A DNA stretch of 64,000 nt from Sandaracinaceae bacterium (GTDB lineage: Bacteria > Myxococcota_A > Polyangia > Polyangiales > JAFGIB01): positions 8,699-72,698 of the forward strand of contig JADGRF010000013.1 of assembly GCA_017881055.1 (NCBI GenBank), given 5' to 3'. A program made the translations under genes and the position numbers. Shown here in pieces: positions 55,024 through 64,000 of the stretch (its first letter is position 1; every line of letters begins with the position of its first letter). A model generated the notes under the pieces. That model ran no database searches. It saw only the letters and a list, made by a program, of their open reading frames with translations, and was not told where the DNA came from.

Positions 55024-56172
55024 TAGTTCTTCCCCTCGGTCTTCTCTTGAGCTTTGCGCTCACCGGCGGCCTTCAACAAATAAGCCTCGATGAACTCGTC
55101 CAGGTCGCCGTCCAGCACGCCTTGCGCGTTGCTGCTCTTGTGCTCGGTACGCTCGTCCTTGACCAGCGTGTAGGGCTGCAGCGTGTAGCTGCGGACCTGC
55201 GAGCCGAAGCCGATCTCCATGTGACCGCTCGTGTAGTTCTTGGCGAACTCGGCCTCGCGCTCCTGACGCGCCTTCTCGTACAAGCGGCCCGCCAGCATCT
55301 TCATCGCGGTCGCGCGGTTCTTGTGCTGCGAACGCTCGCTCTGACAGGCCACGATGATGCCGGTTGGAATGTGCGTGAGCCGAATCGCAGACTCGGTCTT
55401 GTTGATGTGCTGACCGCCTGCGCCACCGGAGCGATACGTGTCCACCTTCAAGTCTTCCGGCTTGATCTCGACCTCGTCAGCTGCATCGCCGAGATCGGGA
55501 ACCACCTGCACGGCCGCGAAGCCCGTGTGCCGCCGCGCGTTCGAGTCGAAAGGCGAGATGCGGATCAAGCGGTGGACGCCGTTTTCCGCGCGCAGAAAGC
55601 CGTACGCGTAGGGGCCCGACACGGAGAACGAGACGTCTTTCACGCCCGCGTCATCGCCCGGCTGGAGGTTCATGATCTCGGTCTTGAAGCCTTTGCGCTC
55701 GCACCAGCGCATGTACATGCGCATCAGCATCTCGGCCCAGTCCTGCGCGTCGATACCGCCGGCGCCGGGGCTGATCGACATGATTGCATCGGAGCGGTCC
55801 TGCGGTCCGCCGAGCATGCGTGCCAGCTCGATCTCGCGCAGCTGTTTCTCGAGCGGCGGCAACTGCCCTGCGACGTCCGCGACCACGCTCTGGTCGCCTT
55901 CCGCGACGGCAAGATCGAGCAGCTCCACCAGATCTCGTGTTTCGCCGCTCAGCTTGTCGAACGTGCCCAGCTGCGCTTCGACGCCGGAGCGCTCACTCAT
56001 CAGCGCACGCGCGGCATCAGGGTCGTCCCAGAAGCCTTCGCGTTGGGTGCGGTCGTTCAGTCCGTCCAATTTTCGACGCAAGCCTTCGACGTCAAAGATA
56101 CCTCCCCAGCGCATCGAGACGCTGTGAGAAGTCGGAGAGCGTTTGGCGAATCTCGGTGACGGAATGATCCAT
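55023..56172 (-). CDS. prfB: Peptide chain release factor 2 (translated via programmed +1 frameshift)
   Basis: Frame 0 from ATG 56172: MDHSVTEIRQTLSDFSQRLDALGRYL-stop; the +1 frame continues DVEGLR... and contains SPF and GGQ motifs. Confidence 0.97.
56091..56106 (-). promoter_or_regulatory. prfB programmed +1 ribosomal frameshift site
   Basis: Minus strand GGGAGG-TAT-CTT-TGA-C: internal SD, 3-nt spacer, slippery CTT TGA C. Confidence 0.96.
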
Positions 56173-56279
56173 GGCGAAACACGAGTCCGTGCGTAGAAAC
56201 CGGCAGTGCCGGGCCTCGTAGCCCGCCGCTTCCGCGCTGTCAATTCCTGGCTTTCCTGACGGCTGTCTCGGCCGCGCGT

Positions 56280-57233
<954 letters not shown>

Positions 57234-57242
57234 CGCGCAGGT

Positions 57243-57271
57243 AACCTAGGGCGGCGGGACGCCGCCCGCAA
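57243..57271 (-). promoter_or_regulatory. Candidate nadA promoter (near-leaderless)
   Basis: TTGCGG-N17-TAGGTT; the -10 ends 9 nt before the ATG; no SD. Confidence 0.5.
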
Positions 57272-57367
57272 TCAACGACCGCGGCGGGACGCCTTTCGCA
57301 GTCAACGACCGCGGCGGGACGCCTTTCGCAGTCAACGACCGCGGCGGAATGCCGGCCGCACTCAACG
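57251..57367. repeat. 30-bp tandem repeat, about 4 copies
   Basis: Unit GCGGCGGGACGCCTTTCGCAGTCAACGACC; copies 2 and 3 identical, copies 1 and 4 diverged; no spacers. Confidence 0.93.
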
Positions 57368-57754
57368 CGTACGCGCGCCCATCAGCTTCTTGTACAGAAC
57401 CGGTCCGAGGTTCTCGATCATGAGCCGCTCGACGGCCCCCTCGACTCGCTGCCGCTCAGCCTCCGACCCGAACACGAAGCCGATGCCCATGCCGGGTTCC
57501 TGGTCAGGTGTCGCCTGTTCGAGCGTGATGATCCACTGCACCTTACCCGTGAGCACCAGCGGCTCGGGCAAGGTCGGGATACCCAGCTTGAACAGAAAGT
57601 CGGTGCCGATGTCCAGCGGACGGTCGGTATGGATGAAGGTCCCGCCGCGGCTGATGTTCTTCGTGTAATCGGCGAAGAACGAGTTGAGCCGCTTGTACTC
57701 GACCTTGAGCTCGATCGGAGCACGGACCTCGTGGCGGCGATCGTCGGCAGACAC
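57362..57754 (-). CDS. Single-domain PilZ protein (TIGR02266-like)
   Basis: RRHEVR (RxxxR), NISRGG (D/NxSxxG), PGMGIGF. Start re-picked at GTG 57754. Confidence 0.9.
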   Translation of the reverse strand: MSADDRRHEVRAPIELKVEYKRLNSFFADYTKNISRGGTFIHTDRPLDIGTDFLFKLGIPTLPEPLVLTGKVQWIITLEQATPDQEPGMGIGFVFGSEAERQRVEGAVERLMIENLGPVLYKKLMGARTR

Positions 57755-58011
57755 CCGTGGACCATACGGGGCAGGGCCCGGCACGGTCAAAAACAATCGT
57801 GAACGGGCTTGCGCGACCAGCGGCGGAAGACAAGTTGAATCATGAGCTTGGCGATGGAATGTAGAACTTTGATTGGGGCGAGCTGCGCGCGTGCGAGCTG
57901 CGCATCGGCCGGTGCTCAGATTGAGCATGTTTTCGCACATCGGGATCTACCCACCTGGCCCCACATGAGGCGGCCTGGACCAGCTGTTTCGAATCTTCCG
58001 GACTTCGCGTG

Positions 58012-58028
58012 CTGGCACAGCTCATGCT
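58012..58028 (+). promoter_or_regulatory. Sigma54 (-24/-12) promoter candidate
   Basis: CTGGCACAGCTCATGCT matches TGGCAC-N6-TGC (GG-N10-GC), 80 nt upstream of ATG 58108. Confidence 0.6.
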
Positions 58029-58107
58029 TTACGTCCTAGACCAGGGGCGTCGGGCACCCGTCCCGTATATGACTGAACCGCCTGACAACCCGACGGAGGA
58101 ACTACCC

Positions 58108-59265
58108 ATGACCGAGCCAGCGCGAGAACCCCAGCCAACGACCGAAGGGCCAGCGCTGGGGACCGAGCGCGAAGAGGGGAGTGGGCGTTTTCTGATCGAT
58201 CCGACTCGCGCCAGCGGCACGATGATTCCCCCCGCCGAGGACGGTGCGCCCAGCGTCGCCGCGTTGGCTGAGATCGAGCCGCGGGAGGTCGAGCCCTTGG
58301 CTGTCGAAGCGCTTCAGATCGTCGCGCCCCGTGTCAGCTTGCCGCCACCGGTTCCGGCGTTCGCGCTGAGCAAGAGCGCGCGCGCCGTGGCCCCGGTCGC
58401 CAGCGTTCCTGCTCCCGCCCCCGCCAGTACGCCTGAGCTCGATGCGCTGCACCCGCTCTACCGGGGCTTGTCCATCTCCGAGCGTGCCGAGCCGCGCGTC
58501 GACGACCTCAGCTTTCATCTCGACAACCCGTTCGCGCGCTCGTCGCTGGTGGCGCCACCGAAGAAGCCGTTCCCGGTTGCCAAGGCTGTCCTGGGCACGG
58601 TGGGTGTCGCGATGCTCGCCGCGCTCGGGTACGCGACTACGATTCATCAACTCGACGCGCCGCGGACCGAAGCGTCGCTTCCGACTCCGCACGTGGTGAC
58701 CAAGCCGGCCTCACACGCGCCGATCGTCCCTGCTGCGGTGACTGCTGTCGAGGCCCCGGCTGTGGCCGTGGTTGCCCCAGTGGCGGAACCCGTTGCAGCA
58801 GTAGCGCAGCCCGTTGCACCGATCGCGGCACCGACCAAGCCTCGGACGACGGCGACTGGGAGCGCGAGCGCGAAGACCGAAGCGAAGACGGAACCGAAGA
58901 CCGCCGCTCACGACGAACCCACGGCAGCCGAGGAAGCCCCGAGCGCAGCCGAGCCGTCTCCCGCAGCTGATACGAGCGCGCCTGCGCCGGAGGAGGAAGC
59001 GCTGCCCGAGACGCCGACGCGCGAGCAGATCATGGCGAGCTTCGAAAAGGTTCGTGACGACCTCGTGACGTGCGCCGACGGTGGCCACGGCTTACTCACG
59101 ACGGGTGTCACGATTTCGGGAGCCGGTCGTGTGACGTACGCGACCGTGGATGGCGTATTTGCGGGTACCCCGCAGGGCTCGTGCATGGCGCGCGCGCTGC
59201 GCAAGGCTTCGTTCCCGCGCTTCTCATCGCCAAACCTCAAGATTTCGTTTCCGTTCTCGCTCTGA
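58108..59265 (+). CDS. Bitopic membrane protein with Pro/Ala linker and a small C-terminal Cys-pair domain (AgmX/PglI- or TonB-C-like)
   Basis: ATG after GGAGGA; one TM helix; C-terminal C..G.......GRV......GTPQGSCMARALR...FPRF....ISFPF. Confidence 0.7.
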   Translation: MTEPAREPQPTTEGPALGTEREEGSGRFLIDPTRASGTMIPPAEDGAPSVAALAEIEPREVEPLAVEALQIVAPRVSLPPPVPAFALSKSARAVAPVASVPAPAPASTPELDALHPLYRGLSISERAEPRVDDLSFHLDNPFARSSLVAPPKKPFPVAKAVLGTVGVAMLAALGYATTIHQLDAPRTEASLPTPHVVTKPASHAPIVPAAVTAVEAPAVAVVAPVAEPVAAVAQPVAPIAAPTKPRTTATGSASAKTEAKTEPKTAAHDEPTAAEEAPSAAEPSPAADTSAPAPEEEALPETPTREQIMASFEKVRDDLVTCADGGHGLLTTGVTISGAGRVTYATVDGVFAGTPQGSCMARALRKASFPRFSSPNLKISFPFSL

Positions 59266-59293
59266 GTCCTCCGACTCATTCCAGGCAACGAGC

Positions 59294-59332
59294 GCACGGC
59301 GCGCCGGACGTCATGTCTCCGGCGCGCCGTGC
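59294..59332 (+). terminator. Strong stem-loop, probable terminator
   Basis: Perfect 15-bp inverted repeat GCACGGCGCGCCGGA/TCCGGCGCGCCGTGC downstream of the stop at 59265; weak U-tract. Confidence 0.6.
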
Positions 59333-59445
59333 CCATTTCGTACGCGTGAGCGCAAGGTTAGGGGCGGCTCGCTCGCTGCTTGACCCGAAGCGCCTGCGGC
59401 CCTAGGCTGCCGCACTCTTTTAGGCACCCGGCCCCGCGCGCAGTC

Positions 59446-61653
59446 ATGTCAGACACTTCCGAACGTACCGAGTCCGAATCGACAGAGCAGCCGGCTGCAA
59501 GCTCGGCAAGCAATCCTGCAGGCATGGATGCGGGCGCGCCGCCTGCTGTCGCGAGCAGCGCCGATGCGCCTGCCGCCGTCAGCGGCGGTGACACCGCGGA
59601 GGCCGGCGAAGACGACGCAGCTGACGGCGAGGGCGGTGACGACGAGACCACCTCCGCCGGTGGCGTCGACGCTCCCGAAGGGACGGCAGGTGCACCGGGC
59701 ACCGGCAAGCGCAAGCGCCGTCGTCGCAAGAAGCGCAAGAACGTCGATGGCGCGACCGCCGCGGACGGCTCTACGCCAGCCGAAGGTGGCGAGGCTGCCC
59801 GTCACGAAGGCCGTCACGACGCGCGTCACGAAGGCTCGCGAAAGAAAGAGTCTCACGCGCCGTTCGCGCACATGTTCACGGGTGCGCAGGCCGCCAAGCG
59901 GCATGCGTTCGCGCCGGGCGAAGTGGTGGCGGGTCGCGTGCTGCGCGTCGAGCACGGCGTGATCGTCGTCGACTTGTTCGGCAAGGCGATTGCCGTCGTC
60001 GACGAGTACGAGCCTCGGGAGATTGCCCCGCTGCCGGAGCCCGTCGCGGCGCCGACGCAGGTCGAGACTCCTGCACCGTCCGTCGCCGACGCAACGCAGA
60101 GCACGTCAGCGCCGGAAGTTGCCCCGGTTGCGACAGAAGTCGCGAGCGCTCCTGCAATGGACGTCGCGCACACCGCGGTGGCCGCGCCCGAATATGCGCA
60201 CGACGACGCCGCTGCTCTGGCGAACGATACGGCCACGACTCTGGTCGATGGGACCGCTCCATCGGATCATGAGCACGACCATGATCACGAAGGCGACGAC
60301 GCGGACGACGCGGCGCCGATTGCCCCGGCGCGCGAGAAGCCCGAGGCACCGAAGCTAGGCCAGGTCTTCAAAGGTCGTGTCGGCGCGGTGGCCGAGAGCG
60401 GACACATCGCGTTGATCAACCGCATCGTCGATGTTCCGGCGACGCGCGCGGTACTCGAGCAGCGTCGCGCCGAGCACGCGCGCGTCGAAGGCATCGTGTA
60501 TGGCTACAACCGCGGTGGCTTCGACGTGCTCGTCGATGGCCTGCGGGCGTTCTGTCCGGCCAGCGCAATGTCGCTCGACGACATCCAGGATCCGCTCGAG
60601 TACGTCGGCAAGAAGCTCGAGTTCCTGCTGCCCGCCTCGAAGGCCGGTAGCAAGGACATCATCGTCAGCCGTCGCTCGATTCTGGAGCGTCTGCAGCGTC
60701 GCAAGAACAAAGAGTTCCTGCGCTCGATCACGCCGGGCCAGCGCTTCAAGGGCAAGGTCACCGCGGCGCGCGAGTTCGGTCTGTTCGTCGACATCGGCGG
60801 CGGCGTCGAAGGCCTCGTCCACCAGAGCGAGCTCTCGTATGCGTTCGGCGTGAAGCCGGCCAGCGTCGCGCAACCGGGCGACGAGATCGACGTCGTGGTG
60901 TTGCGTGTCGGCGGCGAGCCGAGCAAGGAAAAGGATTCCGGTCGGCGTGATCGCGTGACGCGCGTCAGCTTGTCGGTGAAGGCGCTGCTCACGGATCCGT
61001 GGGACGAGCACGCTGCCGAGCTCGCCGAGGGCACGATCCTGAAGGGCAAAGTCTCGCGTGCGACCGAGTTCGGCGCGTTCATCGAGCTCGTCGGCTCGAT
61101 CGAAGGACTCCTGCACATCACGGAGCTCGGTCGTGATCTCAAGCACGCCAATCAGGCCGTGCGCGAAGGCGACGAGATCTACGTCGCGATCGATCGCGTC
61201 GATCGTCGCGCGCGTCGCATCTCGCTGTCGAAGCTCTCGTCCGGCGAGGTCGCAGACTTCGAAGCCGGCAAGCTCTTGCCACGCGACGACGCGGCTGCCC
61301 AGAACCTGCGTCAGGGCAACAACGTCAAGATCAAGATCGAGAAGATCGAGCCACGCTGCGTGTTCGGGCGCGTTGCCGGCACCATCGGCAAGCGGGGTCG
61401 CGCGTTCATTCCGAACAGCGAGACCGGCACCGATCGGGGCACGGACTTGCGCAAGAAGTTCCCGCCCGGCTCGGAGATCGAAGCCAAGATCATCGGCATC
61501 GACCGCGACGGCTCGTTGAAGTGCTCGATCAAGGCGATGCAGGTCGACGAAGAGCGTCAGGCCGTGAAGAACTACCGCAAGGAAGCGGCGAAGCAGGGCT
61601 TCGGCACGTTCGGCGACTTGCTGCGTGCGAAGCTGGGCGAAGCTTCTAAGTGA
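59446..61653 (+). CDS. Ribosomal protein S1-like multi-S1-domain RNA-binding protein with low-complexity extensions
   Basis: NRGGF.V..LRAFCPAS, FGLFVDIGGGVEGLVHQSELS, FGAFIEL...IEGLLHITEL, C-terminal GFGTFGDLL. Confidence 0.88.
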   Translation: MSDTSERTESESTEQPAASSASNPAGMDAGAPPAVASSADAPAAVSGGDTAEAGEDDAADGEGGDDETTSAGGVDAPEGTAGAPGTGKRKRRRRKKRKNVDGATAADGSTPAEGGEAARHEGRHDARHEGSRKKESHAPFAHMFTGAQAAKRHAFAPGEVVAGRVLRVEHGVIVVDLFGKAIAVVDEYEPREIAPLPEPVAAPTQVETPAPSVADATQSTSAPEVAPVATEVASAPAMDVAHTAVAAPEYAHDDAAALANDTATTLVDGTAPSDHEHDHDHEGDDADDAAPIAPAREKPEAPKLGQVFKGRVGAVAESGHIALINRIVDVPATRAVLEQRRAEHARVEGIVYGYNRGGFDVLVDGLRAFCPASAMSLDDIQDPLEYVGKKLEFLLPASKAGSKDIIVSRRSILERLQRRKNKEFLRSITPGQRFKGKVTAAREFGLFVDIGGGVEGLVHQSELSYAFGVKPASVAQPGDEIDVVVLRVGGEPSKEKDSGRRDRVTRVSLSVKALLTDPWDEHAAELAEGTILKGKVSRATEFGAFIELVGSIEGLLHITELGRDLKHANQAVREGDEIYVAIDRVDRRARRISLSKLSSGEVADFEAGKLLPRDDAAAQNLRQGNNVKIKIEKIEPRCVFGRVAGTIGKRGRAFIPNSETGTDRGTDLRKKFPPGSEIEAKIIGIDRDGSLKCSIKAMQVDEERQAVKNYRKEAAKQGFGTFGDLLRAKLGEASK

Positions 61654-61763
61654 GTCTTCTAATTGACCAAGAAGCAGGCGTAACGTGATCGCGTTGTTGC
61701 GGTCCCGTTAGCGCGCTGCTACAAACGCCCCGTTGTTTCCGTAGCCGCAGCCCTGTGCGGTTC

Positions 61764-61838
61764 GGGCGATTAACTCAGAGGTAGAGTGCCTTCTTCACAC
61801 GGAGGAAGTCGCTGGTTCAATTCCAGCATCGCCCACCA
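61764..61838 (+). tRNA. tRNA-Val(CAC)
   Basis: GGGCGAT/ATCGCCC acceptor stem, ACTC/GAGT D-stem, loop TT-CAC-AC, GCTGG-TTCAATT-CCAGC T-arm, encoded ACCA. Confidence 0.95.
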
Positions 61839-61876
61839 CGCTTTCTGCGCCTGCGCGCAAGAGGCTGCATGAGCAC

Positions 61877-62662
61877 ATGACAGACTCTGCTCCGATCCTG
61901 GTAACGCACGACGGTCCGATCGCCACCGTCACGGTCAATCGGCCGGATGCGCTCAATGCGCTCAACCGCGAGACGCTGCTCGGCCTGCGTGACGCCATCG
62001 GCGCGCTACGCAAGCGCGCGAACCTCGGCTGCGTGATCGTCACGGGAGCCGGCGACAAGGCGTTCGTGGCCGGTGCCGACATCGCCGCCATGAGCAGCAT
62101 GTCGCGCGAAGACGCGCTCGCGTTCGCCGAGCTCGGGCAGTCCACGTTTGCATTGCTCGAAGGTCTTCCGGTACCCGTGATCGCGGCCGTGAACGGCTTT
62201 GCGCTGGGCGGCGGCTGCGAGCTCGCCCTGGCCTGCGACTTCATCTACGCCAGCTCGCACGCCAAGTTCGGGCAGCCGGAAGTGAAGCTCGGTATCTTGC
62301 CAGGTTTCGGCGGAACGCAGCGCCTGTCGCGTCGCGTGGGCCTCGGGCTCGCGCGCGAGCTGATCTACACGGGCAAGATGCTCGGTCCCGAGGAGGCGCT
62401 GCGCGTCGGCCTGGTGAATGCGGTGCATCCGCACGCGGAGCTGATGGCCAAGACGCTCGAGGCCGCGAAGGCGATCTTGGCGGCTGGGCCACGTGCCGTT
62501 GCAGCTGCTAAGCAAGTCATGAATGCGGGCGCCGACTTGCCGCTGACCTCGGCGATTGCCAAGGAAGCCGAGGCCTTCTCGCGCTGCTTCGAGGCGCCCG
62601 AGCAACGCGAAGGCATGGGCGCGTTTCTCGCCAAGCGCGCCGCGAAATTCGAAGGCCGCTGA
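61877..62662 (+). CDS. Enoyl-CoA hydratase/crotonase family
   Basis: [51 protein letters not shown]. Confidence 0.95.
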   Translation: MTDSAPILVTHDGPIATVTVNRPDALNALNRETLLGLRDAIGALRKRANLGCVIVTGAGDKAFVAGADIAAMSSMSREDALAFAELGQSTFALLEGLPVPVIAAVNGFALGGGCELALACDFIYASSHAKFGQPEVKLGILPGFGGTQRLSRRVGLGLARELIYTGKMLGPEEALRVGLVNAVHPHAELMAKTLEAAKAILAAGPRAVAAAKQVMNAGADLPLTSAIAKEAEAFSRCFEAPEQREGMGAFLAKRAAKFEGR

Positions 62663-62664
62663 GC

Positions 62665-63432
62665 TCACGCGAGCGTGATGACTACCGGTGCGTGATCCGA
62701 AGGCAGCTTGCCTTTGCGTTCATCGCGATCGACGCGCGCGTCGGTGCACCTACTCGCTACCGATGCAGTTACGAGCAGGTGATCGATGCGCAGGCCGTTG
62801 TTCTTTGGGAAGCCCAGCATGCGGTAGTCCCACCAGGAGAACACGCCACCTTCGGGGTGCTTCGCACGGAACACATCCGTGAGGCCCCACGCGATCAGGC
62901 CTTGAAATGCGGCGCGTGCCGGTGCTGCGCAGAGCACGCTGTCTTTCCATTCCTCGGGTCGCGCGACGTCGAGGTCGTCCGGGGCGATGTTCAGGTCGCC
63001 GCACAGCACGAGCGACTCGCTCGGCGTGTGGTGCTTCACGAGGTACGCCTGCAGGCGCTTCAACCACTCCAGCTTGTACTGCCACTTGTCGCTGCCGACT
63101 TCTTGTCCGTTGGGCACGTACACGCTGATCACGCGCAGCGAGCCGAAGGCCGCCGAGATCAAGCGAGCCTGCGTGTCGTCGCCGTCGTCAGCGAAGCCAC
63201 GGCGCACGTCGCTGGGCTCTTCGCGACTGAGGATGGCAACGCCGTTGTACGTGCGCTGGCCGTGCAGCGCGGCGTGGTACCCGGCGCTCTTCACCTCGTC
63301 CATGGGAAACGCGCTGTCTTCGGCCTTGAGCTCCTGCAAGCAGAGCACGTCTGGCTGATGTTTCGCGAGCCAGGCGATCACGCGTTCCTTACGGGCCTTG
63401 ACGGAGTTCACGTTCCACGTGGCAAGCTTCAT
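62665..63432 (-). CDS. xth: Exodeoxyribonuclease III
   Basis: TWNVNS, LQELK, YNGVAILS, YVPNG, GDLNIA, SWWDYR, LRIDH, SDHAPV. Confidence 0.96.
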   Translation of the reverse strand: MKLATWNVNSVKARKERVIAWLAKHQPDVLCLQELKAEDSAFPMDEVKSAGYHAALHGQRTYNGVAILSREEPSDVRRGFADDGDDTQARLISAAFGSLRVISVYVPNGQEVGSDKWQYKLEWLKRLQAYLVKHHTPSESLVLCGDLNIAPDDLDVARPEEWKDSVLCAAPARAAFQGLIAWGLTDVFRAKHPEGGVFSWWDYRMLGFPKNNGLRIDHLLVTASVASRCTDARVDRDERKGKLPSDHAPVVITLA

Positions 63433-63467
63433 GGCGCGAAGTTTAGTCGAGCCCGAAGGAGGGAACC

Positions 63468-63851
63468 ATGCCGAAGGAAGTGATCGTGAGTCCGAACGCG
63501 CCCAAAGCAGTGGGTGCGTATTCGCAAGCCGTGCGGGCGAACGGCTGGGTGTTTCTGTCGGGGCAGATCCCGCTCGATCCCAAGACCGGCGAGATCATCG
63601 CCGGCGACGTGGCTGCCCAAGCGCGGCGCGTGATGGACAACCTCGGCGCCGTGCTCGCAGCCGCCAACAGCAGCTTCGATCAAGTCATGAAGGCGACCAT
63701 CTACCTGGTCGACATGGCCGACTTCCCGGCCGTGAACGCCGTCTTCGGCGAGTACTTCCCCGGCGACATCAAACCCGCGCGCGCCACCGTCGCGGTACTC
63801 GCCCTGCCGCGCGGCTCGCGCGTCGAGATCGATATGATCGCTCTCGGCTGA
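63468..63851 (+). CDS. RidA/YjgF-family reactive-intermediate deaminase
   Basis: AP.AVGAYSQA, SGQIPLDP, PARATV.V..LP....VEI. Confidence 0.94.
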   Translation: MPKEVIVSPNAPKAVGAYSQAVRANGWVFLSGQIPLDPKTGEIIAGDVAAQARRVMDNLGAVLAAANSSFDQVMKATIYLVDMADFPAVNAVFGEYFPGDIKPARATVAVLALPRGSRVEIDMIALG

Positions 63852-63866
63852 ACCCGTGCTGCGCGA

Positions 63867-64000
63867 TCAGCGTCCCGTCCAGGGATTCTGGACGACGATC
63901 GTGTGCTCGCGGTCGGCGCCTACGCTCACTAGCCAAGCCTTGCAGCCGACCATGTCTTCGATCGCGCAGACGTAGCGCAGCGCGTTCTTCGGCAGCTCGT
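63867..64000 (-). CDS. purA: Adenylosuccinate synthetase, 3' end only (not in the ORF track)
   Basis: Manual translation ELPKNALRYVCAIEDMVGCKAWLVSVGADREHTIVVQNPWTGR-stop matches the PurA C-terminal LP.NA..Y...IE...G....SVG.DR..T pattern. Confidence 0.8.
   Translation of the reverse strand, partial: ELPKNALRYVCAIEDMVGCKAWLVSVGADREHTIVVQNPWTGR

Noticed and set aside
56173-56243. ORF-track start for RF2
   Set aside because: Artefact of the open +1 frame; the real start is ATG 56172 with a frameshift at 56091-56097.
57251-57367. Possible CRISPR array
   Set aside because: Units are directly adjacent with no unique spacers, and there are no cas genes in the window.

Overview
High-GC chromosomal window, most likely from a myxobacterium (Myxococcota, probably Polyangia/Sorangiineae-like). 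This assignment is inferred from PEGA, TIGR04551-like, TIGR02266-like PilZ, DUF507 and MrpC-like genes plus many DAG/Pro-rich lipoproteins. Most of the window is core genome: aceEF, tig-clpP-clpX-lon-tRNA-Val, rnj, radA, gmk, prfB-lysS-lolC/E-lolD-bamA-skp-fabZ, nadA, an rpsA-like gene, tRNA-Val, xth, ridA and the 3' end of purA. The left part carries a cofactor F420 gene set (cofG, cofH, cofC, cofD, cofE, fno), a lipoprotein with four LDL-receptor class A-like repeats coupled to a 50-aa Cys-rich micro-ORF, a PHM-fold lipoprotein lacking most copper ligands, a SWIM-SNF2 ATPase and a lysine-catabolism pair. I found no integrase, transposase or CRISPR array. The most notable observations are: the LDLa lipoprotein plus micro-peptide module; the F420 cluster with split CofG/CofH and no dehydro-F420 reductase; the absence of lpxD/lpxA from the bamA-skp-fabZ operon together with a LolC/E carrying an extra membrane domain; a recurring leaderless-promoter signature at eight genes; a 30-bp tandem repeat overlapping the predicted nadA promoter; and the known prfB +1 frameshift. 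All family calls come from motif recognition by eye, with no database searches, and several start codons were re-picked from the ORF track.
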